Below, piece after piece: positions 12,330-24,763 of a DNA stretch of 64,000 bases. This DNA is from Octopus vulgaris (lineage: Eukaryota). The translations under genes and the position numbers were made by a program. The notes under the pieces were generated by a model that saw only the letters and a list, made by a program, of their open reading frames with translations, did not search any database and had not been told where the DNA came from. Every line of letters starts with the position of its first letter. Position 1 is the stretch's first letter. Location: contig OX597825.1 in the NCBI GenBank assembly GCA_951406725.2, forward strand, positions 60,946,001 to 61,010,000, written 5' to 3'.

Positions 12330-12543
12330 ATTAATGTTTTAGCAACAAGCTGCTTCACCACATACCGAAAATTTAGAAATAGCAGTCAAAAACAGCTAAC
12401 TACAAATATGCCTCCACAGACAGCAATATTCGTAACTCCCATAGGCAAAAAGAAGAAAAATAACAAAATCAAACAGTCTACGATTAATCATGTACGCGTT
12501 TCGGGATTAGAATTATAAAATTCATTTCCTTCATCAGCATGAT
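12330..12543 (-). mobile_element. Penelope-like pLTR remnant flanked by (TA)n
   Basis: Bounded by TA microsatellite on both sides; contains a hammerhead at its 5' end. Confidence 0.6.
12487..12543 (-). ncRNA. Minimal type I hammerhead ribozyme (PLE type)
   Basis: Minus strand AUCAUG-CUGAUGA-AGGA-aau-GAAUU-uuau-AAUUC-uaa-UCCC-GAAAC-gc-GUA-CAUGAU: perfect 6 bp helix I, intact core, palindromic ACGCGU helix III. Confidence 0.78.
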
Positions 12544-12929
12544 ATATATATATATACATAAATATACATTCATACACACATGTATATAAAAAGAGGAAGA
12601 GAGAGAGGGATTGGGTGAGATGGAAATATATAGAGAAAGAAAACAGAATGATTATAATGAAGCGAACTTGAGTGAAATATCGAATGCTTCAAACAAAACA
12701 GTCTTCAGGGTTAAGATGACTGGAGAAGACAAACAGTAAAGAAAGTGTCTCGGCGCTATGGAACTTTAAAATAGGAGTATTTCACGGTTCCTACCTTTAT
12801 TGAATCCTTGGATACTTTTTTAGCTTATACATCATACATATATACATACATACACACTCGCGCACACACACGCATATATACACATATATGTATGTGTGTG
12901 TGTGTGTGTGTGTGTGTATGCATACATAC

Positions 12930-13229
12930 ACGTGGCCTAGTGGTTATTGTGTTGGTCTCACGAATACTATATCGAGAGTTCGATTCCCGGACCCTATGGC
13001 GCATTGTGTACTTGAGCAAAACACTTAATTTCCCGTTGCTCTGCAATCATTTCGACATCGGACGTGCTTGTGGAACACTTATGCATCAGTACAATCTAAG
13101 CCGATTTGATTGGAGGAGCGAGCACATGTACAACACATACATTTGATCCCTATAGACAAATTATTTATGCAGGCCGTTCAACAAACCAAAACCTGAACTA
13201 TAATGCATCGTCTTCGACGGGGGATTCCA
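12930..13229 (+). mobile_element. tRNA-derived SINE
   Basis: A-box tggcctagtgg, B-box gagttcgattcc, followed by ttgtgtacttgagcaaaacac as in the other SINE heads; 3' boundary approximate. Confidence 0.7.
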
Positions 13230-14052
13230 TAATGTATATGTCTATATAATATGTATGGGTGTGTATGTATGCATGTTTTTATTTACAAGTGCGCGCGTGT
13301 GTGTGCGTGACTGAGTGTGTGCGTATGTGTGTGTGTCTATGCATGTGTTTGCATACATGTATATATACATGCACTCACAAATATATGTATAGCCATATAA
13401 AGCTGGCTCCGCAAGCATGTGCACACAGATTTGATCCCACTTTACAATAACATAAGCAGATACCTTGCAGTGGATCCGCTACCCAAATTCATATTTGTGC
13501 AACTAACGTGTAAGCGGTTGAGTATTCCACAGATACGTCTGTCTATTACGTAATTTTAAAAATTAATCAGTGTGACACCATTTCACACGAAGTAGACTCA
13601 TGTTCAAAGACTTTCCTGACCTGACTAATTTTAATTTTTCTTAATTTCTTTTTCGATTTTCGGTTCCATAACAGCATTAGATAATATGTCCTTGCAGTTT
13701 TAAGAGAGTGGGATATCAATTAAAGGGCATTTGGTGGCTCTTTCTTGCAGACACTGTGACCGTAATCAGGTTCTTTTGCTAGAATGTTATTTTGTAAATT
13801 AACAAATAATTTAAGAAAATTCCTGGACTTCAGATATCGGAACTGAAATAACAGAAGTCATTTCTTAAACCTTCTGATATTAAGGGATTTTTTGACAATG
13901 AAAATTCATTGTCGAAGTTCTTTCGCCCTAGATCAGCCTGCATTATTCTGTGTTGATACGAGGGAGATTTTGTTCTCATACGTACGTACTTCGACGAATT
14001 TAGAGGCTCTCTCATTGACTCAATAATTACTGCTTAATTTAAACTAATATGT

Positions 14053-14374
14053 GGAAGCGCAATGGCCCAGTGGTTAGGGCAGCGGTCTCGTGGTCGGAGG
14101 ATCGCGGTTTCGATTCTCAGACTGGGCGTTGTGTGTGTTTATTGAATGAAAACACCTAAAAGCTCCACGAGGCTCCGGCAGGAGGTGATGGCGACCCCTG
14201 TTGTACTCTTTCGCCACAACTTTCTCTCACTCTCTCTTCCTGTTTCTTGAGTAACGCTGCGATGGACTGGCGTCCCGTCCAGCTGGAAGGAACACATACG
14301 CCACAGAAACCGGGAAACCGGGCCCGTGAGACTGGCTAGGTTTTGAAAAGGGAGACGTTTATCGTTTATCGTTT
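14053..14374 (+). mobile_element. tRNA-derived SINE with Meta-domain-like segment
   Basis: A-box tggcccagtgg, B-box ggtttcgattc, ctgcgatggactggcgtcccgtccag and cagaaaccggga motifs typical of MetaSINEs, (cgtttat)n tail. Confidence 0.8.
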
Positions 14375-14585
14375 AATTTAAACTGATGATATAGTCAATT
14401 TTCCTGATTTATGTATTTTCAGCTAGGACTGACAAGAAGGAAAATCATTGCCTAGACAAGACATCATAACGAATACTAATGAATTAATGAGGAATTGAAC
14501 AACTAGATTTTCGTTGAACAAGCAGTTATATTTGTAGATAAAGATTAGGTGACCTATTTCGGCCATGAAAGCACATAGAAAACTT

Positions 14586-14665
14586 CAAGGGTAATTTTAT
14601 TCTGCTTTTGAGCAAGGGTAATTTTATTCTGCTTTTGAGCAAGGGTAATTTTATTCTGCTTTTGA
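14586..14665. repeat. Tandem repeat, 27 bp x3
   Basis: caagggtaattttattctgcttttgag repeated three times, essentially perfect. Confidence 0.95.
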
Positions 14666-15679
14666 CGATACTGTATATCTTCCTGAAATACTATACTTCG
14701 AAGACCATTATGAAATTTCATTCTCTTTATAAGACGATGCAGTTCTGAGAAAGGAGTTACCTATTATTTCTAACAAGTTGAGCGATCATGTATATGCTTC
14801 GTAACAAACACTTGAGTAAAATAAATGATGCACAGTAGTAGTTGAGTGAAGGCCTGTCTGTCCATTAGATGTTGTCAACAATTTGCGCAAATGAAGTAAA
14901 AAAAATAATGAAAACGATAACAATGTAGGATGGTTGTGGACATTTCTGAAAACATTGCTGCTTCACAAAGAAATATAAGTCAGGTCCTTCTGTTTTGTTT
15001 TATTGTAGAAGTCATATATCACTATAAATCTCTGGCAAATTTTTATCCTTTATACATTCAATATGAAAAGATGTACATACGTACAAACACATAAACGCAC
15101 ACAAGCAACACACATACACACACGTTTCATTTGTACTTTATACATACATATATATATATATATACATACATACATATACATATATATATATATATACATA
15201 TATATATATGTATATGTATGTATGTATATGTATATATATATATATGTATATGTATATGTATATGTATATATATATTGAAAAATATACATATATGTAAATA
15301 TATGTACATATATGTAAATATTTATGTATATACGTACATAAAACTATATATACATATGTAAGTGTATACATGTATATATATTTGGAGGGGGGCGTCTGTA
15401 TACGTGTGTGTGTGAGGGTACCGTTAACACTCTTCTAACACAAAATGATGGTTATTGTATCTAATACTTCTTTATACACACACGCACACACCATACTCAT
15501 ATATCTATAAGCATTAAACTATCACTATACACACATACACAGACATATATAGGTATACATTTAAATATATATGTATACACACACACACACACACGTATAT
15601 ATATTCGTACATGTATATATATATATAAATATATGTATATATATGTGTGTGTATTTATATATATGTATATATATATGTA

Positions 15680-15731
<52 letters not shown>

Positions 15732-16465
15732 AATTCATATACATACGCGTGTGTGATGGTGTACAAAGAGACTGAGGTAGAAAGATAAGAAGAAGGAAGA
15801 TGTGGAAAGGGAAAAATGAAATAAATCTGGAACAAAATATAATCAAGAGAAAAGAAAAGAAACGAAAAGTCACCAATTCCATAAGTGCCATTCCCTTTAA
15901 CTGTCATGGCTGCCATTCAGCTGAACCCAAACCTATTTATCATCATAAATACTTTCAGGGATTTAACTTGATTTTCTTCTTCCTTTTTTTCCTTTTGTTT
16001 TTATTTCTGCTGCTTTAAAGTCTTCTTATTTATTCATACGTATTGGAATGGCACCGAAAAGTGTCAATGATGCTTTTATGTCGTGTCTTGTCTTTCGTAT
16101 AATACTGAAAGATATTGAGATGTTGTAGTTGTTTCCTGGTGTTGTTTTACTAAGAAGTGAATATGGCGGTTGTTGCTCTTGTCGTTTTTGCGATGGTGGT
16201 GGTAGTGGTGATTGTAGGAGATGTGGTGGGATGAGAGGGTAAATAATTCTTATTCTTGCATATGTGACAATTTTCTTTATATGTTTTTTTTAGAAGTGCT
16301 GCTGTGATTTCATTTAGATTTAGCAGTAGGTCCTCTCTCATTAGGCAGATCTAAGAGGAAATCGTTCCACATATGACCATCCTACACTTCTCTATAATAA
16401 TGAAGACAGTCTGATATTGGACATCTGACTGCTTTCTCTTACGCGTCAGAGGATCATATATATAA

Positions 16466-16807
16466 CCTTTTATTCTTTTACATCTTTCAGTAAATTGACT
16501 GCGGCCTTGCAGGAGCACTGCATTTAGTCGAACCAATCGGCCCCGGGACTTATTCTTTGTAAGCCTAGTACTTATTCTATCGGTCTCTTGCGGAATTACT
16601 AAATGACTGGGACGTAAACGCACCAACATCAGTTTTCAAGCGATGGTGGTGAGGTGGAGTATAAACACAGGTACACAAACATATACATATATATACGACG
16701 GGCTTCTTTCAGTTTCCGTCTACCAAATCCGTTCACAAGGCTTTGATCGGCCCGCGGTTATAGAACATGTGGTTGGGAAAGCTACTTACAACACAGCCAC
16801 ACCTGCA
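16466..16807 (-). mobile_element. SINE family S1
   Basis: Matches 53864-54328 in reverse with a deletion in the head. Confidence 0.85.
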
Positions 16808-16823
16808 TCAATATATATATATA

Positions 16824-17221
16824 TCTTTATATATAAAAGTCAAGTTGTGTGTCTGTCTCCTACAATTTAGATTCCTAACTACCCCCAAATTTTGCGGTGC
16901 AGTGTAACCAAAACCGGGTATCTTATAGTCGTGATTCATATCGAGCCCTTCTGGGTATTAGCGCGCGTCTACGATGAATCTACGATTTAAAAAAAATTTA
17001 CCATCATTTTTTTCCATTTTAATGCATTTTTTTCGCTATTATATAAGGGAAGTAACTCCCTAAAAATGTCTACGATGAGTCAACGATTTAAAAAAAAAAT
17101 TACCATTACTTTTTTTCCATTTTTAATGCATTTTTTTGCTATTTTTTGGCTATTACTCTCTAAAAATGCTTATATAGTTATTTCCCTTACAAACCCGAGC
17201 AACGCCGGGCGATACTGCTAG
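16824..17221 (+). mobile_element. Non-autonomous Helitron (same family as 717-1112)
   Basis: 5' TC, identical 3' end cccgagcaacgccgggcgatactgCTAG, inserted at A|T within a (TA)n tract. Confidence 0.9.
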
Positions 17222-17309
17222 TATATATATAAATATATATACGCACACAATATAAATAATATATGCATATATGTACATACCTATATATATAGGTATATAT
17301 ACATGCATA

Positions 17310-17505
17310 TATGGGTATAGGTCATCAAAAAAACGTCAACAAAACGTCAACAAAACGAGAAACGAGAATATAAAAGACAAAAACGTAGAAAACGAACTTT
17401 GTTTTCGAACAACGAAGAAAAACAAATGGTGAAACGAGTAAGGCAACATAAAGAACATTCCCTTTCATCAGATGTCCCCTGTTTTATCTACTCTGCGTTT
17501 CGAAA
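17310..17505 (-). mobile_element. Penelope-like pLTR remnant
   Basis: Minus strand CGAAACGCAGAGTAG...CTGATGAAAGGG followed by a T-rich tail; flanked by microsatellite. Confidence 0.5.
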
Positions 17506-17527
17506 CACACACATATATATATTTCAT

Positions 17528-17982
17528 AGGCGCTGGCGTAACTATGAGCTGTGTGGGTAGAAGCTTGCTTCCCAAACACATGATTCTATGTTCAGTCTGA
17601 CAGCGTGGCACCTTGGGCAAGTGTCTACGACTATAGCCTTGGGCTGACCAAAGCATTGTGAGTGGATTACGAAGACGGTAACGGAAAGAAGCCCGTCGTA
17701 TATATATATATATATATATATATGTTTGTGTGTGTGTCTATATATGTATGTATATGTTTATTGTGTGTGTGTTTCTGTCCCCCACCATCGCTTGACAACC
17801 GATGTTGGTGTGTTAACGTCCCCCCCTCCCCGGGTAGCGGTTTGGCAAAAAACGCCGACAGAATATGTACTAGGCTTACAAACCATAAGTCCTGTGGTCG
17901 ATTTACTCGACTAAAAAACCCTTTAAGGCGGTGCTCCAGCATGGCTGCAGTCAAGTGACTGAAACAAGTAAAAGAATAAAAG

Positions 17983-17985
<3 letters not shown>
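17528..17985 (+). mobile_element. SINE family S1
   Basis: tRNA-like head, internal (TA)/(TG) repeat, 3' end gactgaaacaagtaaaagaataaaag. Confidence 0.88.
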
Positions 17986-18022
<37 letters not shown>

Positions 18023-19013
18023 TGGAATTTACGAGAATTTTTAAGCAAAAGATTCAGGAATATCGTTTATAAAGGCATCCCAGTGTACCTGTGAGATATT
18101 ACTTGCAACTAATCTATTTCTTTATTCGTTCGTATCTCTTTAGTTCTACCATTTTCTCTGTCTACCATTTTCATTAAATAACTATCTGTATTTTTTTTAT
18201 CGCTTGCATTAATTTATCTTTTTATCGTTGTATCTGTCTACTTTCCTTCATTCTTAGTATCTGCTTATCTCTAAATTTATTCTTTCCTCCGTTTCACCCC
18301 ACTTTACTCTTCTTTATCTCTGCAACGGCCTTTCCTTTCGCTATCTCACTACCTTTCTTTCTACTCGCCTGAGCCCATTTCTTCTTTCCCTTCCCCAAAA
18401 CACCACTTGACATTCCTGTTTTTCAAGCCATCCATTATCTTTTTACATTGACCGCTCAAATGGTCAGTCAAGTTCTTTCCATCTCTTGGCTTGTCGAAGT
18501 TTTGTTTTTGTCAAGGTCAAAAGGCACCTAATCTTCTCCGTTTATCGTCTGATGACTTTTCTCTCTCTATCTATATCTCTGTACCTAACTTTCCGTCTCA
18601 TCCTATCTTTCTCTTTATTTCTAACTACACATCTTCCTAATTATTTTTATACTTACCTTTCTGTTGCTGGCTCTTGTCTTTTACATTTACAACTATCTCC
18701 ATCTTTTTTCCCTATTCACGTACTTTACTTTTAATGCTCGAATCCGTTTATCTTTTTGCCGTTGTAGCTTTCTACTTCCCCACCCCTACATCTATTTACT
18801 TATCTCTATCTTTATATCTATTCTTCTATCCGTTTCGCTCCTTCCTACGCTGTTTTATCTCTATAACAACCTTTCTTCTATCTCACTTTCTATATTTCTC
18901 TCAGCTTGCCTATATCCTTCTCTTTTCTTCTCTGATACAAGACACCCTAAAGCTGCCTGTTTCTTTCCTTTCTTTTTCTCCTCATATTATCCGTTCCCTT
19001 CCTAGAATGATCA

Positions 19014-19156
19014 TAGCGGTTCGGCAAAAGAGACCGATAGAATAAGTACTGGGCTTACAAAAGAATAAGTCTCGGGGTCGAGCTGCTCGATTAAAGGTGG
19101 TGCTCCAGCATGGCTGCAGTCAAATGACTGAAACAAGTAAAAGAGTAAAAGAGAGT
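19014..19156 (+). mobile_element. SINE family S1, 3' fragment
   Basis: tagcggttcggcaaaagagaccgatagaataagtac...gactgaaacaagtaaaagag nearly identical to 54182-54320. Confidence 0.88.
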
Positions 19157-19656
19157 CATCTCTATTTCGAGTTCCCGATTTCTGCAAGATTTGAATTAAT
19201 TTCCTGCTCCTGGTTTATATAATCCATTTTGCTTTTAATTTTGTACATATATTTTTGTAGTCCGAAAGAACCACCTTCTTTCCTATTAATGTTACTTCGA
19301 ACAACACGTCTTACTCTTGTCGTATAGTCCAAAGACGTACCATGTATACGAATATCTCTGTATGGCGTTTATTATCTTTCCTGTCTTGCTAATTTAAATT
19401 TCCCAGTCTCCTCTTTACTTATATTTATTTACTGTTGTTTCTTCAGACCTCATCTTTTCTTGTTATAATACTTGTCACAATTTTTTCCCTTTGTGTTCGT
19501 CTAACATGTACGCTCATTCATTTATTCCATACCAGCAGATGTTACTGACAGCGCCAAATTGAACATTATTTTCCGGAACGCAAAGGACTGGGATAAATAC
19601 TACAAGCCACTCGACCTGACGTTAATATAGTTCTGCCAATCCACCGCTCTAAACTA

Positions 19657-21011
19657 TCAGGTCATTAAGAATGAAATGTCCAATTTTCTTATGCACCAAG
19701 TTTGACAGTCGTTAACTCTAATGTTTTATCCTAACAATTCTTTGTTTTACAACATTGAAGAGTTACATCATCAATTTTCGAAATGCAATTCATGGTGTCT
19801 GATTATATTGAGCTTTCTCTTGTAAATCAATTTTAGTGAACCCATGGATATATCAAAATTCGTGTTGTTTATGAATATAAATTCTGTCGAGGAACCAATG
19901 CATCCCAAAGAGCTCGAAGTATCAGTTATAGATTATAGCAACTAAATCGAAGCGGTGTGCTGGTCGAATCGTTAGTACACAGGACTAAATGTTTGGCCGC
20001 ATTTATGTCCTGAGTTCAAGTTCCACCAAAGGGTGACATTACCTTTCATCTTTGCAGATTACCAATTGAGCATTCATTGGTGAAGATGTGGCAAATGAGC
20101 ACACTGTACGTCGAAGGTTTCAGAAGTTCCGGTCTGGTGACTTTACTCTTAAAAATCAACCCTGTGGTAGACCTGAGACCAAGGTCGATAATGACGAGGT
20201 GGAAACTGTAGCGAAAGTGGATACACCTCAAACTACGCGTAAGTTATCTGCAAGGTTTGCTATTTCGATTCCAACTGTGTTGGACCATCTGAAACAAACG
20301 GCAAGGTAAAGAAGTTGGACAAGAGGTTACCACATGAACTGAATGAGCATCAAATGACACGTCGCCTTGAAACTTGCTGTTCTTTGCTGTCACGGCACAA
20401 AAACAAACCATTTTTGCATCGTATTGTTACATTTGATGGAAAATGGATTCTTTTCAACAATAGCAAGCGCTCAGCACGGTGGTTGGATTTAGAAGAAGTG
20501 CCAAAGCACAATCCCAAAAATAATATTCACCAGAAAAAGCTAACGGTATCTGTTTGGTGGTTCAGCGCTGATGTCATCCACTACAGCTTCATGAGCCCTG
20601 GTATACATCAACCAATTGAATGAAATAGCGAGTGAACCTGTGATTAAACAACAGAGATTCGTCAATAGAGACAGGCCAATTCTCTTGCAAACAATGCTCA
20701 ACCACATGTTGCACAAAGAACGCTACTCAAGTTACAAGAACTGAACTTGGAACTACTCTCTCAGCCACCATATTCACCAGGCCTGGCAACAAATGATTAT
20801 CACGTTTTCCAGGCATTAGACAACTTTTTGCAAGGAAAAGACTTCAAATCTGAAGAAGATGCAAAAACAGCCTTTCGTGATTTCATCACCTCTTGCTCTC
20901 CAGAATTCTTCGCTGCTGGCATAAATAAGCTATCGATAAAATGGCAAAATTGTGTTTGAGATATTATGTTATAATAAAAACAATTTTACATTAAATTAAA
21001 GGATTACCTAA
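19657..21011 (+). mobile_element. Mariner transposon (cecropia/Hsmar1-like), full length but decayed, with nested SINE fragment at ~19950-20055
   Basis: TA-flanked ends (TA|TCAGGTC ... TACCTAA|TA) enclose a mariner transposase relic. Confidence 0.85.
19844..20959 (+). pseudogene. Mariner transposase pseudogene
   Basis: KIRVVYEYKFCRGTNASQ, FQKFRSGDFTL...GRP, LPHEL, FLHRIVTFDGKWI, NAQPH, PPYSPGLATNDYHVF, GINKL..KWQNCV; frameshifts and stops. Confidence 0.92.
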
Positions 21012-22247
21012 TACGTTTGATGGAATACGAATTTAGCATTACGAATTTAGTACTTAGAATACGAATTTAGTATTGAAATAACCGTGAAGTTTCGTCTTCC
21101 TAAGCCATCATCGGACTGTTCGATGATGGCTTCATTGAGCTAGCCGAAACTTCGAAGTCACTCTCAATACTATAGAAATACTTGTAAAAAAAAAGTATTT
21201 CTATGTGTGCGCGCGTGCCTGAGTGAGTGTGCGGGAATAGATAGATAGCTCTTTCGTTAATATTACCGGAGTTGATTGATCCCATTCAATTCAAAGAGCT
21301 GAGAGGCAAATCAATGTAATGTGTGTGTGTGTGTGTGTGTGTGCGGGTGTATGTGTGTAAGTATGTTTATAAGAAATATCGTCCATTTCTTGTTTATAAA
21401 AATCTGCGATTCTTATTTCATTGTATTCTGTTTACAATTCATGAGCTCACCTAAGTCTCATAATATTCCCTCACCTAAGTCTCATAATATTCAGCAACAT
21501 TAACTACACAGAGCTTTATGCGAAGACAAGTAACGAGTGTTAATACAACGACACTGCATATCTACATTTTACACCAATCCCTTCTGAAGCCGATATTTGT
21601 TCATCTTCACTGAGTTGAGTTTGTCGTTTCGTATACTTATTAAATATTTCGGTGACTGAATGACATCTATCATCAATTCAAAAGATATTAGAAGAACTGC
21701 TTCTTCAGTATCTTCAGCATCTTCACTTTCTTCAGCATCTTGTTAGTTTGAGTTTCATTGCTGATCATTGCTTTTATTGATTCCTCTTCTAATATTAACA
21801 AGTAAAGTCAATCGCCACATCAAAGTGGCTGTTCCATGTTATTACTAGTTTAACCCCAGGCAGGTCTTCCACCAGCTGGTTATTGGTGTGACGCTGCACC
21901 TTTTATATACAATATATTGCTATCAGGGGGAGCGAACCCCTATCATCATCTAGCAGACAACAGGATCGTGAGACTGACTCTGTTTCGAGCAAGGTGGTTC
22001 ATTCTCAGTTGCGAGGACTGATTTGCAAGTCTTCTGAGGGTAATTATCTCTAGCTTGATTACATCTGTCAAATGTAACACTCCTGCCAGTCTTAGTCTTT
22101 GGTTCGTGTATATACAGAAGCACTGTTACCACTATCAAGAAAGAATTACTGATCCAAAATATTTCTTCATAATTTTTTGACACTGCAAAATGGCGTAATG
22201 TAACACTGACGGTGAGAGAAATTGAGCGAAGCATAAACTAGTATATC

Positions 22248-22648
22248 TAATAAACCTTTCTACTAGAGGCACAAGGCCGGTAATTTTGGGGAGGGGATAA
22301 ATCGATTGCATCGACCAGTGTTTCACTGGTACTTAATTTATCGACCCCGCAAGGATGAAAGGCAAAGTCGACCTCGGTGGAATTTGAACTCAGAACGTAG
22401 CAGCAGACGAAATATCTATTTATTTACTGCCCACAAGGGGCTAAACACAGAGAGGACAAACAAGGACAGACAAACGGATTAAGTCGATTACATCGACCCC
22501 AGTGCGCAACTGGTACTTATTTAATCGACCCCAAATGGATGAAAGGCAAAGCCGACCTCGACGGAATTTGAACTCAGAACGTAACGGCAGATGAAATACT
22601 GCTAACCATTTCGCCCGGCGTGCTAACATTTCTGCCAGCTCGCCGCCT
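22248..22648 (-). mobile_element. Two tandem copies of SINE family S2 (aaggcggcgagctggcagaa head) with different 3' tails
   Basis: Core gttctgagttcaaattcc...gaggtcgactttgcctttcatcc occurs twice; matches the complete copy at 45292-45525. Confidence 0.9.
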
Positions 22649-22840
22649 CACTAGCAGATCTAATAATAATAATTTCTAAAACTTGACATAAGACCTTAAA
22701 TTTAAGTGAGCAGGTAACAACTGGCCAGATTAATTCTATTACCCAGCTGATACGTAATATAGTCATTCGTGATGGATGAAAGGTAAAATAGATTTCACAG
22801 GTATTTTATCAGAATTTGTAAAAGTACGAACTAAATATTG

Positions 22841-22965
22841 CAATGCAATTTCTTCATTCGTCGTCACAAACAGTTCAATTTCAATGCAATTTCTTCATCT
22901 CTCTACACAAATTGTTCAATTTCAATGCAATTTCTCCATCTCATCAACGCAAGCTGTTCAATTTC
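22841..22965. repeat. Degenerate ~41-42 bp minisatellite, 3 units
   Basis: caatgcaatttct(t/c)cat...gttcaatttc recurs three times with diverged but related middle parts. Confidence 0.8.
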
Positions 22966-23076
22966 TTTTTATCAGTCATTCAGCCATGTTGTCCTTGTTA
23001 GTTCAATTGTAGTTTAGATTTAGGAGGCTGAATAAGTAATGGCAAAGCTAATTTATAATCAGAACTTTAATATTAA

Positions 23077-23468
23077 CTAGCAGTATTACCCGGCGTTGCT
23101 CGGGTTTGTTTTCTTTTCGACCATTTAAAATTGGAATTTTTGAAAGTACAAATTTTGCATTATGTAGTTTGTTATTCTCTTTAAGCGAACATTTTTCTTG
23201 TTGAAATACACCGAAAAATGGCGACACAGCAGTAAAAAAATCGTAAAAAATAGGGATTTTCATAGAAAAAAAAGGACCTTTTTGATGCAAATAATTTTTG
23301 GTCTTAACATGGTTCGATTTGAATTTTATCTTCTACGAAATGAAGAGCTAGCCTTCTATCATACTCTCAATTTTGGTCAACTTGCGCCGCAGTGTCTTGG
23401 AGGAGATAGTGTTAGTTGGAGGCTACCAAACCTGCCACACACAGACAACTTCAGCTTTATATATATAG
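23077..23468 (-). mobile_element. Non-autonomous Helitron
   Basis: CTAG at 23077-23080 with hairpin cccgagcaacgccggg (minus strand); 5' end ctatatatataaagctgaagttgtctgtg resembles the 717/16824 family but the interior differs. Confidence 0.85.
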
Positions 23469-24253
23469 TAACTAGATACAGCAACGCATTTTGCCATGCA
23501 CTTTAACGATTCTGGTACCACACTCACTTCAATAGTTTTATGATGCTTTCAATGTACTTGAGAACTTTTTTATTCTAAGACAACCTTCCTGTTGTTATAA
23601 CATCACAATACCGTTGTTCTCTCATTCTCTCTCTCTCTCTCACACACACACACCTTCTTTCTCTCTCACCTTTCTACTTGCAAACAACACGAAGCTCTCT
23701 CCATATAACGTAATTACACACAAATTACAAAATAATTGTTTTGCATAACAACGTTGTATTAGCACTCAATTAATGCCAGAGCCACTCCTTTACAGCCGCC
23801 GAATATGATGTTTAGTTAGAATTGTAAAGAATACCCAAAATTTACTGGCTGTTCGGTAAAAAAAAAAAAAGAAAAAAATTAATATAATTTTCTCCCAAAG
23901 TTGTTATTGAGTTGTTTACTGAAAAATATGTCCTATTCTTCGGAAATGGTTTCAGTTCTGATAATTAATTGATGATTAATCTGTCAATGATGTTGATGAC
24001 GAAGAGAGTCGGTGGTTATCATTGCCATTGTTTTTTAGCAGACTCACGCGAGTTTTCATCGCACCATTAGGTGCAACTTCGTGTTTTCCACTGGTGTTTA
24101 CAGCGTTGTCTTTAGAGAGAACAGAGCTATATTTGCGTGCAACAGACACACATACACACGTATATGTATTCCTTTGTTGTAGAAGTCTGATTTGTTTGGC
24201 GAGGAGGGGTTGGCATTTCTATAATGTTTCTCTTCTACTATATTATTACAATT

Positions 24254-24463
24254 AGGCAACGAGCTGGCAGAATCATTAGCACGCTCGGCAAAACGCTTAG
24301 TGGCATTTTTGTTCTAAGTCCGCAGAAGTTGACTTTGCCTTTCGTCCTTACGTGGTCGATAAAATAAGCTCCAGTTGAACACTGGGGGCGGGGGAGGGAG
24401 ATTCGATGCCAACAACTCATCCTCTCACCTAAAATTTCTGCCCTTGTGGCAAAATTCGAAACC
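24254..24463 (+). mobile_element. SINE family S2 with ATT-type tail
   Basis: aggcaacgagctggcagaatcattagcacg head; tail cccttgtggcaaaattcgaaacc-(att)n. Confidence 0.8.
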
Positions 24464-24683
24464 ATTATTATTATTATTGTTGTTGTTGTTGTTGTTATTG
24501 TTGTTGTTGTTATTATTATTATTATTATTACTATTATTATTATTATTATTATTATTATTGTTGTTGTTGTTATTGTTATTGTTATTATTATTATTATCAT
24601 TATTATTATTATTATTATTATTATCATTATTATTATTATTATTATTATTATTAATATTATTACTGTTGTTGTTATTGTTGTTG

Positions 24684-24717
<34 letters not shown>

Positions 24718-24731
24718 TACTATTATTATTG

Positions 24732-24763
<32 letters not shown>
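24464..24763. repeat. (ATT/GTT)n microsatellite, ~300 bp
   Basis: Direct inspection. Confidence 0.97.

Noticed and set aside
15860-15930. Minus-strand coding exon MAAMTVKGNGTYGIG
   Set aside because: No polypyrimidine acceptor, weak donor and no recognisable homology; the ORF runs into microsatellite.
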